NCBI GenBank assembly: GCA_013288005.1
Contig: JABDCS010000001.1
Location: 23,843 to 87,842, forward strand
Direction: 5' to 3'
Origin: Chlamydiota bacterium
GTDB lineage: Bacteria; Chlamydiota; Chlamydiia; Chlamydiales; Rhabdochlamydiaceae
DNA: 64,000 nt
Positions 9,173-19,891 of this stretch are shown piece after piece. Numbering within the stretch: the stretch's first letter is position 1; every line of letters begins with the position of its first letter. The notes beneath the pieces were generated by a model. It did not search any database. It was not told where the DNA came from and was given only the letters and a program-made list of their open reading frames with translations. The position numbers were made by a program, and so were the translations under genes.

Positions 9173-10164
9173 GCAATCTCTTAGAAGTCGAAGATTTACA
9201 TATTTGCTTTAGTGTCTTAGGACAAGAGGTACATGCTCTACGAGGAATCAATTTTACTTTACGTAAAGGGGAAATCTTAGGAATTGCCGGCGAATCAGGA
9301 TGTGGTAAAAGCGTAGCAGCCAAAGCTATTATGCGTCTTCTACCTGCTCACAGCAGTTCTGTATCTCAAGGAAAGATCTTTTATAATGGACAAAATCTCT
9401 TAAAACTATCTGAAGCCGAAATGCGGAGTGTTCGCGGAAAAGAGATTGCTATGATCTTTCAAGATCCTATGACATCTCTTAATCCCACAAAGACAATTGG
9501 AGCTCAAGTGATGGAGGGGTATTGCCTACATCGGCCTGAGATCAAGAAGCAGGAGGCAAAACACTATGCTATTGAACTCTTGCGACAAGTGGGAATTCCT
9601 CAACCTGAAGAACGTTTCTTAGCTTACCCGCATCTGTTTAGTGGCGGTATGCGACAACGCGCTATGATTGCTTTAGCTATTGCATCTGAACCTAAAATCT
9701 TACTGGCAGATGAACCTACAACAGCTCTCGATGTGACCATTCAAGCGCAAATTCTCGACTTACTCCGTAAAATTGCACAAGAGAATGGAACCAGCATCAT
9801 TTTGATTACCCATGATTTAAGCGTCATCGCGAACATGTGCGACCGCGTGGCGATTATGTACGCAGGAAAAATTGTAGAGGAGGCGCCTGTAGATGTGCTC
9901 TTTAAAACACCACGTCATCCCTACACGCAAGGTCTTTTGCATTCGATCCCAAGACTCGACACACCACGCGATCATCCTCTTGTTCCTATTGAGGGCAGGC
10001 CTCCTAATTTGACAAAAACCTTTTCCGGTTGTGCTTTTTGTCCCCGTTGTTCTTCGGCTTTGCGGATTTGTACCGCCAACGATCCTCCCTACATTTCTTG
10101 TGATACCGAACATCATGTCGCCTGTTGGCGAGAACATCCCCAAAATCCTCACAATCAGGGGTAA
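9169..10164 (+). CDS. oppD: oligopeptide ABC transporter ATP-binding protein OppD
   Basis: Walker A GESGCGKS, signature LSGGMRQR-like (FSGGMRQR), Walker B LLADEPTTALD, and a C-terminal oligopeptide-type Cys-rich extension. Confidence 0.85.
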   Translation: MSNLLEVEDLHICFSVLGQEVHALRGINFTLRKGEILGIAGESGCGKSVAAKAIMRLLPAHSSSVSQGKIFYNGQNLLKLSEAEMRSVRGKEIAMIFQDPMTSLNPTKTIGAQVMEGYCLHRPEIKKQEAKHYAIELLRQVGIPQPEERFLAYPHLFSGGMRQRAMIALAIASEPKILLADEPTTALDVTIQAQILDLLRKIAQENGTSIILITHDLSVIANMCDRVAIMYAGKIVEEAPVDVLFKTPRHPYTQGLLHSIPRLDTPRDHPLVPIEGRPPNLTKTFSGCAFCPRCSSALRICTANDPPYISCDTEHHVACWREHPQNPHNQG

Positions 10165-10174
10165 AAGCCCAGAA

Positions 10175-11167
10175 ATGCAAGAAAATGCCTTGAACAATTC
10201 TGACACTATATTAGCTAAGATGCCGCCTCTCATTTCTGTAGAAGAACTTCGCGTACACTATCTATCCGATAAACGCTCTTTAAAGGCCGTAGATGGCATT
10301 TCATTTTCTTTGCATGAGGGAAAAACCTTAGGGCTTGTCGGAGAGAGTGGCTGTGGTAAATCGACAACAGGAAAAGCTGTTCTTCAATTAGAGCAACCAA
10401 CCGGAGGAAAAATACTCTTTAGAGGTACAGATCTCGCCTTAATGTCTTCGAAAGAGCTCTTTGCTTTTCGTAGAGAATCCCAGATGATTTTCCAAGATCC
10501 TTATGCTTCGCTCAATCCCCGAATGACAGCTGGGGATATTATTGCCGAACCTCTCGATATCCATCGATTAGAAAAAGGCTCTCAACGAACTACCCGTATT
10601 CATGAACTCTTGCAGCTGGTCGGCTTAAGTCCTCATCTTGCAAGCCGTTTTCCGCATGAATTTTCTGGAGGACAACGTCAAAGAATAGGCATCGCACGAG
10701 CACTGGCAGTGCGCCCGCGATTTATCGTGTGCGATGAACCCATCTCTGCGCTTGATGTCTCGGTCCAAGCGCAAATTATTAATCTACTCAAATCTCTACA
10801 AGAAGAGATGGGAATAGCCTATTTATTCATTACTCATGATCTTCGCGTGGTGAAATACCTATCGACAGAGATCGCCGTCATGTACTTGGGACATATCGTA
10901 GAAAGCGCCCCAACAGAAGAATTGTATAAAAACCCCGCTCACCCCTATACACAAGCCCTTCTAGCCGCTATTCCACTTCCAGATCCTGTGCAAGAGCGAA
11001 AACGCAATCGAATAGTACTTAAAGACGAGGTTCCGAGTCCTTATGCGCCCCCTCCAGGATGTGTTTTTTGCACGCGCTGTCCATTTGCGCAACCTATTTG
11101 TCAGACAGAACGTCCTGTGATGCGACAAATTGCCTCAGCCCATTACGCTGCTTGTCACTTTGCGTAA
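10175..11167 (+). CDS. oppF: oligopeptide ABC transporter ATP-binding protein OppF
   Basis: Walker A GESGCGKST, signature FSGGQRQR, Walker B IVCDEPISALD. Start set at ATG 10175, just after the oppD stop; the ORF-track start at 10031 lies inside oppD. Confidence 0.8.
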   Translation: MQENALNNSDTILAKMPPLISVEELRVHYLSDKRSLKAVDGISFSLHEGKTLGLVGESGCGKSTTGKAVLQLEQPTGGKILFRGTDLALMSSKELFAFRRESQMIFQDPYASLNPRMTAGDIIAEPLDIHRLEKGSQRTTRIHELLQLVGLSPHLASRFPHEFSGGQRQRIGIARALAVRPRFIVCDEPISALDVSVQAQIINLLKSLQEEMGIAYLFITHDLRVVKYLSTEIAVMYLGHIVESAPTEELYKNPAHPYTQALLAAIPLPDPVQERKRNRIVLKDEVPSPYAPPPGCVFCTRCPFAQPICQTERPVMRQIASAHYAACHFA

Positions 11168-11499
11168 TTGATCCATTTATCGATGTCCGCAATGAATTCA
11201 CTCGGAGCGTCCATCGTACTACCATCACATCCATGATCGATCCAACCACTTAATGTTCGCTTAGCGTCGTTAATAGCATCATCGATACTCACTTTGGGCG
11301 GTGGTGGAGGGCAGAGTTTGCCTAACTCTTTGAAGTGATCGGCATTTTTCGAGATAAAATCTAAGAGATCCTCGCTTTTCTCTTTGGAATGATCTTGAGT
11401 GAACCAGCTATTCCATTTTTCTTGAAACTCATCCACGATGGGATCCGGAGCCGGAAAAGATTGGGGAGATTGAGGAGGTAAGCTCGGGGGAATTTGCAC
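11155..11499 (-). CDS. hypothetical protein (Pro-rich, acidic, 114 aa)
   Basis: ORF only, no family recognised. Its 3' end overlaps the oppF 3' end by 13 nt (convergent). It sits 14 nt downstream of the permease gene on the same strand. Confidence 0.4.
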   Translation of the reverse strand: MQIPPSLPPQSPQSFPAPDPIVDEFQEKWNSWFTQDHSKEKSEDLLDFISKNADHFKELGKLCPPPPPKVSIDDAINDAKRTLSGWIDHGCDGSTMDAPSEFIADIDKWINYAK

Positions 11500-11512
11500 G
11501 TTTAATCCTTGG

Positions 11513-13375
11513 TTAATGATAGATCCAAATCCGGAATTTTTTCTTATGTAACAGACTGCTTAAGGTCTGGCTTGTTTTACGATCCCAGTAGTGGCTGGGA
11601 AGGACAAGAATCTGCCATTTTTTTTCTTGTAACGTAGCGTATAAAACCTCACTAAAAGTACGGCCGTGGAGAATAGCATGATTAACTGATAAATCTTTCT
11701 CCCGGATAATCGCTTCTGCATAACGAAGTATTTCGGTAGCTTCCTTTGTGGAATCAGGTACTTCAGTATCCAAAGGGAGGGCCGAAGGTATTTCAATAAT
11801 ATGTAGAACTGTGATACTGGCCTTGTAGGATCGTGCAAGATCAGCAGCAGCGATAATAATCTCAGCATCTTTTAGAGACTGAAAAGGCACTAAAATATTT
11901 TGGACGGGATGTTGAACGCTTTGTTCAACTTTTACTTTGTGCAAAGCAATTGTCCCACCAATGGCGATGTTTTTTTTGCGACGATAGAGTAAATAGAGAA
12001 AGAGTCCAAAAGTCATCCATGCCAAGCCTAAATAACGTCCGTGAGGTTTAGCGATAACAATCAATACCCATACGCTCAAAGAAGCTAAAGCGCCCACAAT
12101 CGCCGATATCGGTAATTGTGCACCGCGAAAAGGGATACTGAAAGGAACTTTAAAAGGGCGTACTTCCTGAGGTTTTTTTATCCGTAACATTAGGAGCGAC
12201 ATGTTTACAGAAAAAAAGGCGATCATCGCACCGAAATTATACAAATCTGCTAAAAAGGTGAGTTGCCCACGACTCAGAATAACCACGGATGCTGCGAGCA
12301 AAGCAAAGAATATCAGGGAAAGAGCAGGCGTATGAAAACGAGAATGGAGCTTTGAAAAAAACTGAGGTAGCTGGTAGTGCTCTCCTAAATTAAAGGCCAG
12401 GCGTGAGGATCCAATTAGTCCAGTATTCGCTGCGGCAAAAAGTAAGATCGCCGCTATCCACCCTACCCAGGGGCCAAAAAATCCTCCCTGGAGGTGAAAT
12501 TTTTGGACGATTCCAGTTAGAGGGTCACTAGCGTAGTTCGCCCCAAGCTCCATAGGAGTCATGGCCGATAATCCCACAACAACTAGCCCCATGTAAATTA
12601 GGATCAAGGCAGCCATATTCAAAAAAATGGCTCGTGGCAAATCTCGGGTGGGTTTACGCGATTCCGAACCGAGCTGAGCAATCGATTCAATTCCGGTGTA
12701 AGCGACCATCGCCATGGCAACACCATGCATAAAATTGGGCCAATCGGGCGACCAATCCATTCCAGGCACGGCAATTTTAAGCTGACTAAAAACGCGTGGT
12801 AAATTGAGGACTAATACAACACCAACCACAATGATTGCGATCTGCGTAAGCAAGGCTAAGCTCGTTAGTACCAAGCTCATCCTTGTAGAACGTTTGACAC
12901 CGATGAAATTGATGATGAATAGAAGAGCGATAACGCAAACGGTAAAAATAATCTGCGTCTGAGTATTCGAAAGTGGGTGATAAATGTTAGCGAGATAAGG
13001 TCCTATAGCAAAGGCAGAGATCGCAATTGTAACAATGTAATCTAGTAATAACCCCCAGCCTGCAACAAATGAGGCTGTATCATTGAAGGCATGCCGAGCA
13101 AAAGTAGCAGACCCTCCAGAATCGGGATACATCGCGGTTAGCTCTGCATAACTGAGAGCGTTGCAAATAAAGACCACGCCAGCTAATCCTAAGGCAATAG
13201 GCGTAGCGCCCAAAGCATAGAGAGCCGTAATTCCTAAAGCATAATAGATCGATGATCCAAGATCCCCATAACCAATAGCAAAGAGATCGCCAAGACCCAG
13301 CACTCTTTTAATGCCACGTTTATGCATCCGAGCCACTTGCGTACTCGGCTTTCCTCTAATATCTTTTCGCGCCAT
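11513..13375 (-). CDS. APC-family amino acid permease fused to a C-terminal universal stress protein (Usp) domain
   Basis: About 12 TM segments with an APC pattern (GLGDLFAIGYGDLGSSIYYALG). The C-terminal ~140 aa are Usp-like (ILVPFQSLKDAE...ITVLHIIEIP...ILVLPS). Confidence 0.75.
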   Translation of the reverse strand: MARKDIRGKPSTQVARMHKRGIKRVLGLGDLFAIGYGDLGSSIYYALGITALYALGATPIALGLAGVVFICNALSYAELTAMYPDSGGSATFARHAFNDTASFVAGWGLLLDYIVTIAISAFAIGPYLANIYHPLSNTQTQIIFTVCVIALLFIINFIGVKRSTRMSLVLTSLALLTQIAIIVVGVVLVLNLPRVFSQLKIAVPGMDWSPDWPNFMHGVAMAMVAYTGIESIAQLGSESRKPTRDLPRAIFLNMAALILIYMGLVVVGLSAMTPMELGANYASDPLTGIVQKFHLQGGFFGPWVGWIAAILLFAAANTGLIGSSRLAFNLGEHYQLPQFFSKLHSRFHTPALSLIFFALLAASVVILSRGQLTFLADLYNFGAMIAFFSVNMSLLMLRIKKPQEVRPFKVPFSIPFRGAQLPISAIVGALASLSVWVLIVIAKPHGRYLGLAWMTFGLFLYLLYRRKKNIAIGGTIALHKVKVEQSVQHPVQNILVPFQSLKDAEIIIAAADLARSYKASITVLHIIEIPSALPLDTEVPDSTKEATEILRYAEAIIREKDLSVNHAILHGRTFSEVLYATLQEKKWQILVLPSHYWDRKTSQTLSSLLHKKKFRIWIYH

Positions 13376-13460
13376 CTCTTACTCTATGGCGCGTATAATC
13401 TTTTTTGTAAATGCCTATAGAAAAATTGTTTTAGCGATTTAGCAACCCCTGAGCGCACCT

Positions 13461-14390
13461 CTACGAGGTAGGCTGGAGCTGTTTAGGCAGTTGAAAGTAG
13501 ACATTTTCTTCGGTGTAGACCACCTCTTCGACAGATTGCACACCCAGAACTTTCAATTGTTCGATACACGCTTGAACGATCGATTCGGGTGTTGATGCAC
13601 CTGCTGTCATGCCAATAGTAGAAACTCCTTGGAACCACTCTTCTTGGATTTCTTTTTCGCTATTGATGAGGAAAGCTTTCACACCTCTTAAAGCCGCAAC
13701 TTCGCGTAAACGATTTGAATTGGAGCTTTTAGGGTCTCCGACAACAAGAACTAAATCGAGCTGGCTTGTTATTTCTCGAAGAGCCATTTGTCGATTTGTC
13801 GTCGCGTAACAAATTGAAGAACTTGGAAGTGTTTCTACGTGCGGATATTTGGCCAAAAGTGCATCGGAGATTTCTTTTACATCATCTAAGCTCAAGGTCG
13901 TTTGCGTGAGATAAAAGAGCTTTTGTCCATGGCTAAAAGAAAGGGCGTCGACATCTTCTACTGATTCTACAATAGTGGTCGATTCAGGCGCTTCGCCTGC
14001 TGTACCGATAATTTCTACGTGATTACGGTGACCAATTAAGAGAATATGGTAGCCTTTTTCGGCATAGCGTTTAGCTGCTGAATGCACCTTGGTAACCAAC
14101 CCACAAGTAGCATCAATTTCAATCAGCTGACGTTTTTTGGCTTGTTCGCGTACTGCTGGAGAAACTCCATGAGCCGAATAAATTAAGCGACTCCCCTCAG
14201 GAACATCTGCAATCTCTTCAATGAAGATAGCGCCTTTACGTCTGAGATCGTCGACAACATGGCGATTATGAACAATTTCGTGCTTAACATAAATTGGAGG
14301 ACCGTAAAGTTCCAACGCTCTTTCTACAATCTCAATTGCGCGCACTACCCCTGCGCAAAATCCTCGAGGTTTCGATAGCAATAGTTTCAC
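13461..14390 (-). CDS. ispH: 4-hydroxy-3-methylbut-2-enyl diphosphate reductase IspH/LytB
   Basis: 309 aa with the typical IspH N-terminus (KPRGFCAGVVRAIEIVE), SAHGVSP and the conserved Cys positions. Confidence 0.9.
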   Translation of the reverse strand: MKLLLSKPRGFCAGVVRAIEIVERALELYGPPIYVKHEIVHNRHVVDDLRRKGAIFIEEIADVPEGSRLIYSAHGVSPAVREQAKKRQLIEIDATCGLVTKVHSAAKRYAEKGYHILLIGHRNHVEIIGTAGEAPESTTIVESVEDVDALSFSHGQKLFYLTQTTLSLDDVKEISDALLAKYPHVETLPSSSICYATTNRQMALREITSQLDLVLVVGDPKSSNSNRLREVAALRGVKAFLINSEKEIQEEWFQGVSTIGMTAGASTPESIVQACIEQLKVLGVQSVEEVVYTEENVYFQLPKQLQPTS

Positions 14391-14512
14391 AAATCCTCAC
14401 AATTTATTGAGGGATCAGCTTAGCACAAATTCAAAAATGAATAAATCCAATTTTATACGTAATTGACAGAGGCTATATAGAAATTTTTACTAAATTTTTC
14501 TTATATAGATGC

Positions 14513-16366
14513 TCATTCCACATCAGTCGCGCAACGAAACCCATAGGTACCATTCATCGTACCCGGATTATTTCGATGCCGATGCGAACAACGTAAATCA
14601 TCTTTTAGGCTTTTCCAACACCCACCGCGTAATACGCGGTAATTGCCTTGTTGAGGCCCTTTGGGGTTGTCCGGTTCTTGAACAGAAACGTCATAGTAAT
14701 GGAATTCGTACCAATCTTGGCACCATTCATAGACATTGCCTGCCATGTCAAATAGACCACAGCTATTAGGGGGGTAGCTCATTACAGCCATCGTATCGGA
14801 GCTAAAAAAGTTCGCTTGAGATCGCTCAATCTCTGTTCCTGTCGGGTAGACATTTTCCGTTTTGCCTCCCATCGAAGCGATTTCCCATTCGGCTTCTGTA
14901 GGCAATCGTTTGCCGACCCATTTAGCATAAGCTGTAGCTCCATACCAAGAAACCCCAACGACAGGGTGTTTAGCGTACCCCGATTCAATATTGAGTTTGC
15001 CAGCGCTACGTTTAATACGAGAATCACGCAAGCGAATCATATCATTATTATTCCCATCCTTTTCGCCACCCATTGCTTCTAAGAAGCGAACGAACTGCTC
15101 GTTCGTGATGGGATGAATATCCATAGCAAAACTATGCAAAGTAATGAGATGGCGCGGGATTTCATCCCGGCCTCCTTGATGACTCCCTCGGTAATATTGA
15201 TCACCCTGAATAATGGCCATGTCCGTTAGCAGAGGTTCAGCCGAGGAAACTTCTGACGGAACGGGTTGATAACGCGCTACAACAGGATCTACGATAAAAA
15301 GTGAGGCAGGGTCTGCAATAAATTCTGGACGCGTAATTTCACCTGGATTCAATACGGGTTTAAGACTGGACCCAGAAGATTGTGCATGGTGAATTTCTTG
15401 AAGGATTGAGGGTAATATGGTTTTGGGAACACTCAAATCCTGCACAGCTTTCGATAACAGTTTAGGACGTTTCTCTTTTTCTGTTTGAAGGCAATTATAG
15501 AGAAGGAGATCCCAATTATAACGCAAAGTTGGATAGCGAGTAGAAGGCAGCGGAAACAATCCTTCTGGAATTTTCTGCATGAGCAAATAATAGATCAATA
15601 CACCAAAAGCATAAATGTCGCTTTCGGGGGCATCATTTTCAGGACCACCTTCTCTTTGTTCGGGCGCTAGAAAAGCAAAGTCTTGTAAAAAGCTCTTATG
15701 GAGCTTACGCATAATAACAGGATCACTTGGGCCTGTTGCATATCGTTCTTTATTATCTTCTGTCTGTACAAATCCCGCTTGTGCTCCAAAAGAAGAACAG
15801 AGGTGATGATACATACGGCTTAACACTGCACCTTGGCCAATGATTCTGATTAAACCAAAGTTATCCAAAAAGACTCGAATAGAGTCATTAGAAGTTTCTA
15901 CAAGCACGTTGCTAAGTCGAATCCCTCCATGGACTACAGAAGGTTTATCCGATGCAGCTGTATGGGCGTAGTCGATGGCAGAAGCGAGTTGGAGAGCAAT
16001 TTGGTAAACTTCTTCTTCACTCAAAACTGAAGATCGCTCATTCAAATAAGAGGCTAAATCGACTCGTTTTCCTTCATGGCCTTCTACAGCATCCGAGATC
16101 AGGTAAAAAGTGCCATTGATGCAGGTAGCATTGTGCATACGGACAATGTGAGGATGATCAAGGCGGCCACTATGAGCCATTTCCTCTTCAAACCGTGCAA
16201 TAAATTTAGCATCCTTCGCAAACTCTTCAGGAAGAGCTTTAAGGGCGAAATGTCGACCGAGATATCTATGCTTAGCCAAATAGAGTATGCCCAATAAATC
16301 GCTACCGACTTTGCGGACAATCTCGTAATCTCCTACACTTCGTTGCATGCTATTTATCTCCCTCAT
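14513..16366 (-). CDS. pkn1: Pkn1-type Ser/Thr protein kinase-like domain fused to a C-terminal FGE-sulfatase (SUMF1-like) domain
   Basis: Kinase subdomains are present (ALK lysine, APE, DNFG) but the catalytic loop reads HGGIRLSN. The C-terminal domain carries FGE hallmarks ([49 protein letters not shown]). An ATGA overlap links it to the upstream gene. Confidence 0.75.
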   Translation of the reverse strand: MREINSMQRSVGDYEIVRKVGSDLLGILYLAKHRYLGRHFALKALPEEFAKDAKFIARFEEEMAHSGRLDHPHIVRMHNATCINGTFYLISDAVEGHEGKRVDLASYLNERSSVLSEEEVYQIALQLASAIDYAHTAASDKPSVVHGGIRLSNVLVETSNDSIRVFLDNFGLIRIIGQGAVLSRMYHHLCSSFGAQAGFVQTEDNKERYATGPSDPVIMRKLHKSFLQDFAFLAPEQREGGPENDAPESDIYAFGVLIYYLLMQKIPEGLFPLPSTRYPTLRYNWDLLLYNCLQTEKEKRPKLLSKAVQDLSVPKTILPSILQEIHHAQSSGSSLKPVLNPGEITRPEFIADPASLFIVDPVVARYQPVPSEVSSAEPLLTDMAIIQGDQYYRGSHQGGRDEIPRHLITLHSFAMDIHPITNEQFVRFLEAMGGEKDGNNNDMIRLRDSRIKRSAGKLNIESGYAKHPVVGVSWYGATAYAKWVGKRLPTEAEWEIASMGGKTENVYPTGTEIERSQANFFSSDTMAVMSYPPNSCGLFDMAGNVYEWCQDWYEFHYYDVSVQEPDNPKGPQQGNYRVLRGGCWKSLKDDLRCSHRHRNNPGTMNGTYGFRCATDVE

Positions 16367-18438
16367 AAATTACGGATCGCCATCTCGATCGCCTCTTTTT
16401 CATTCAGAGGCGCCAAGCAACGATTTTGATCACAGATATAAACCGTCGTGGCATTAATAGGCTGTTTATCTTCAAGCCAAGGCACAATTTTCGGCAGGAG
16501 AAGGTCATCTCGATATTTCCAAATTACAGAAAGATGGGGGTCGGTAGATTCTCTAAGAGCATGTTCAATTTCCCCTTGCCAGCTCTTATGTTCATCAAGA
16601 GCCACAATAACAAGAGGTGCTTTCGTGTCATAATAACGTTGTAAAGCAAGCATATGATATCCAGCCCCAGGCGGGTAGGCCTCCAAGAGTTGTTTGGTAG
16701 CTCTAAAGATATCTTCAGCCATTTTTAAATATTGGGCGTCATGTGTGAGTTGATAGAGGATTATCAAATTTTCGGCGAGGACAGCATTGGCAGAAGGTTC
16801 TGACCCATCATAAAATTCGCATTTACGTAAAAGAAGCGGTTCCTTCCCATCCGTCTGATAAAACGCCCCTTCTTCCGCCTTAAAGTCCCTTTCCATAATA
16901 GACATTATTTCAAGCGACCATTGCAAAAAATCTGTTCCACGCCCGGCTTGAAAAAGGGCAAGAACTCCCTTTAGCAAAAAAGCATATTCTTCGAGGCAAG
17001 CGGGAAAACGTGCTTCTTCTTCTCTCCATCTTCGTAAGAGATGGCCTTCTTTCCATAAATTCTTTCGTAAAAACCGGGCACACTTTTCGGCGGCATCTAA
17101 GTACTCTTTTTTGCCAAAAAGAACGCCCACTTTTGTCATCGCGTGGATCATCAGTCCATTCCAAGAAGAGAGGACTTTGTCATCCTTGAAGGGGCGCGCG
17201 CGTTCGCTCCTTTTTTGCAGAAGCTTTTCACGACTGCGGTCAATGGTAGTTCGTAATTCTTCAACAGAGATATGCAGTTGATTGGCTAAAATTTCGAGAG
17301 GTGTTTCTGCATGCAATACGCTGCGGCCTTCAAAATTTCCTTCAGGCCCCACACCATAATACAGACAGACTCTTTCAGCATCAGGAGAAGGTAGAATCGC
17401 TTTGATTTCGGGAGGTGTCCATGTATAGAAACGTCCTTCTTGGCTTTCCGAATCTGCATCTTCTGCAGAATAAAAGGCGCCTTCTGGCGAAGTCATATCG
17501 CGCAAAACATATTGAAGAATTGCTTCTGCCATTTCTTGATAACGAGGATTGCGTGTAGATTGCGCAGCATGTGCATAAGCAGAAGCTAATAGTGCATTAT
17601 CATAGAGCATCTTTTCAAAATGGGGAATCAACCAACGCTCATCGACACTATAGCGAGAAAAGCCTCCACCTAATTGATCGTAAATTCCTCCTCTTGCCAT
17701 TTGGTCCAAGGTCAGCTCGGCCAGAAACAGAGCACGGCTGTCGGCTTTTTTACGCGCATGATTGAGCAAGATTTCTATCTGGTAACTCAAAGGAAATTTT
17801 GGCTCCCCTTTCATACCTCCGTAAACGGGATCGGATGCGTCATAAAAAGATTCGATCCCTTTTTCGAGAGTAATTTCACTGGGTAATGCAGTGCCTGAAG
17901 TCTCAATATTATTGGCAAAAATTTCGATAATTTTATCAGCTTGCTCTATGATTCTCTCTCTCTCTGGACTTTTCCAAAGCTCCATGATCTGTTTGACGAT
18001 TTGAGGAAATCCCATCATTCCTCGTCTTCCTTCGGGAGGCAAATAGGTCACTGCAAAAAATGGTTTTAGGTCTGGTGTCAAAATCAAATTCAAAGGCCAT
18101 CCGCCTGTGGAAACCATCAAAGCCTGAGCTAAATCCATATACACGCTATCGACTTGCGGCAATTCTTCTCGATCAACTTTAATGTTGATGAAAGCGTCAT
18201 TGAGCAAGGCCGCCACCTTTTGATCTTGAAAAGACTCATGATCCATCACATGACACCAATGACAAGTGGCATACCCAATCGAAAGAAAAATGGGTTTATC
18301 CTCCGCCTTAGCTTTTTCAAAAGCCTCATCCCCCCATGGATACCAATCCACAGGATTGTGGGCATGTTGGAGTAGATAAGGGGATTTTTCGTGAATCAAC
18401 CGATTCGTAAATGATGGCGTTGAATCCATGTAGGGCAA
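16363..18438 (-). CDS. thioredoxin-domain protein of the YyaL/DUF255 family (thioredoxin-like N-terminus plus six-hairpin epimerase-like domain)
   Basis: 691 aa. The N-terminus ([47 protein letters not shown]) is the characteristic DUF255 thioredoxin-like signature. Confidence 0.8.
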   Translation of the reverse strand: MPYMDSTPSFTNRLIHEKSPYLLQHAHNPVDWYPWGDEAFEKAKAEDKPIFLSIGYATCHWCHVMDHESFQDQKVAALLNDAFINIKVDREELPQVDSVYMDLAQALMVSTGGWPLNLILTPDLKPFFAVTYLPPEGRRGMMGFPQIVKQIMELWKSPERERIIEQADKIIEIFANNIETSGTALPSEITLEKGIESFYDASDPVYGGMKGEPKFPLSYQIEILLNHARKKADSRALFLAELTLDQMARGGIYDQLGGGFSRYSVDERWLIPHFEKMLYDNALLASAYAHAAQSTRNPRYQEMAEAILQYVLRDMTSPEGAFYSAEDADSESQEGRFYTWTPPEIKAILPSPDAERVCLYYGVGPEGNFEGRSVLHAETPLEILANQLHISVEELRTTIDRSREKLLQKRSERARPFKDDKVLSSWNGLMIHAMTKVGVLFGKKEYLDAAEKCARFLRKNLWKEGHLLRRWREEEARFPACLEEYAFLLKGVLALFQAGRGTDFLQWSLEIMSIMERDFKAEEGAFYQTDGKEPLLLRKCEFYDGSEPSANAVLAENLIILYQLTHDAQYLKMAEDIFRATKQLLEAYPPGAGYHMLALQRYYDTKAPLVIVALDEHKSWQGEIEHALRESTDPHLSVIWKYRDDLLLPKIVPWLEDKQPINATTVYICDQNRCLAPLNEKEAIEMAIRNL

Positions 18439-18441
18439 CTT

Positions 18442-18849
18442 CTAAAAGAGACCAAGAGAACGAGCAAGGAACCAGGCTAGTGCGAGAAGAGCGACTATCA
18501 ATCCTCCCCATAAGAGATTGGGAAACCACTTGACCCCACCTCCCATATTCCCGCGCATTTCTAATGTGCCGATTCCATAAGAAAATTCATGCTTTTCATT
18601 GGAAATTTTAAATGCCAATGGATGTTGGCGCACAAGTTCATCCGCATTGAAACCCAGAAAAGAGGCATATTGTTTCATGAATCCTTGTGCATACACTCCT
18701 GAAACAAATTGATCGATCTTGCCATCTTCTATAGCTTCGAGGTAGCCCGCTCGAATTGAGGTCGCATTTTCAATCTCTTTAAGGGAAAGATTGAGCTCTC
18801 GTCGTTTTTCCTTAAGTAATTCTCCAACTTCCTTCATCTCATCCAACAT
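18442..18849 (-). CDS. rodZ: RodZ-like helix-turn-helix membrane protein
   Basis: N-terminal Xre-type HTH (LKEKRRELNLSLKEIENATSIRAGYLEAIEDG) plus one C-terminal TM. Start at ATG 18849 with GGAGGAAAT upstream. It is divergent from RNase HIII, as I recall for C. trachomatis CT009/CT008. Confidence 0.65.
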   Translation of the reverse strand: MLDEMKEVGELLKEKRRELNLSLKEIENATSIRAGYLEAIEDGKIDQFVSGVYAQGFMKQYASFLGFNADELVRQHPLAFKISNEKHEFSYGIGTLEMRGNMGGGVKWFPNLLWGGLIVALLALAWFLARSLGLF

Positions 18850-18994
18850 ATTTCCTCCGAAGCCCTGGCGAAGAATGCCACAGCCGTACATCAACATTAC
18901 GGAACGCCGCAAAATCTTCCAATGACAAAATGCTAATGTCGTATAATATGGAAAAACACATTATGAGAAAATGACCTAGTAAATAGGTAAATGA

Positions 18995-19885
18995 ATGCAA
19001 AAAACTGCATGTTTTGTCACCACGATCGATTTAAGTCTCGCAGATAAATTACGAAAACATCTCGATACGAATGGATTTCAATTCGACAAGCCTCCTTATA
19101 CACTATTTTCTGCAAAAAAAGGAAGGCTCTCTCTCACCCTTTACTTATCAGGAAAATTAACGGTCCAAGGTAAAGATAAGGATGAATTTATCCAATTCTA
19201 TTTAGAACCAGAAATCCTCGGAAATCTAACTTACAGTCACCCCGAAATTTCAGTTGATTTTACCCCACATATTGGGATTGATGAAGCGGGAAAAGGAGAT
19301 TTCTTTGGCCCCCTATGCATTGCCGGACTCTACGCAGATGCTGATGGCATCAAAGATCTTCTTCAAATAGGTGTTAAAGATAGTAAGGCGATCAATGACG
19401 AAAATGTTCACAAAATGGCACGACGCTTAAAAGAACGATTCCCCCATTCGATCATTACGATCAATCCAGAACGCTACAACGAAATGTATGCGAATTTTCA
19501 AAATCTCAATCGCCTCCTTGCTTGGGGACATTCAACAGCCATTGCAGAGCTAGTCCAAAAAACCAACTGCCAAGAAGTTTTGATCGATCGCTTTGCGGGA
19601 GAACATGTCGTATTAAGTGCCGTGAAGAAGAAAAATCTTGAGATAAACCTAACCCAACGTGTACGCGCAGAAGAAGATCCTGTTGTGGCAGGTGCATCTA
19701 TTCTCGCACGGGCTGCTTTTTTAGAAGGATTGAAACGAGCGGGAGCTCCATGGGACTTTATGCTACCAAAAGGTGCTGGTGCGCCCGTTTTATCAGCCGG
19801 CAAGACTTTAATAAAAATGTACGGAAGAGAAATCTTCCCAAAAGTCGCCAAGCTCCACTTTAAAACCATGCAAGATATTCTTTGA
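18995..19885 (+). CDS. rnhC: ribonuclease HIII
   Basis: 296 aa. The N-terminal RNase HIII-specific domain is followed by an RNase HII-fold catalytic motif (IGIDEAGKGDFFGPL). Confidence 0.85.
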   Translation: MQKTACFVTTIDLSLADKLRKHLDTNGFQFDKPPYTLFSAKKGRLSLTLYLSGKLTVQGKDKDEFIQFYLEPEILGNLTYSHPEISVDFTPHIGIDEAGKGDFFGPLCIAGLYADADGIKDLLQIGVKDSKAINDENVHKMARRLKERFPHSIITINPERYNEMYANFQNLNRLLAWGHSTAIAELVQKTNCQEVLIDRFAGEHVVLSAVKKKNLEINLTQRVRAEEDPVVAGASILARAAFLEGLKRAGAPWDFMLPKGAGAPVLSAGKTLIKMYGREIFPKVAKLHFKTMQDIL

Positions 19886-19891
19886 CTCCAC

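Noticed and set aside
9817..10233. Antisense or alternate-frame ORFs of 100 codons or more inside well-supported genes (9817-10233, 11560-11868, 20854-21195, 31516-31872, 36618-36983, 37876-38298, 40189-40581, 62738-63211)
   Set aside because: Each is nested in, or antisense to, a gene with clear family motifs. None has its own SD or terminator.
11155..11167. 13-nt convergent overlap between the oppF 3' end and the 114-codon minus-strand ORF, considered as possible antisense regulation
   Set aside because: The overlap is short, and the 114-codon ORF has no recognisable family or strong start signal. The simplest reading is compact gene packing or a mis-called small ORF. I kept the ORF as a low-confidence feature only.
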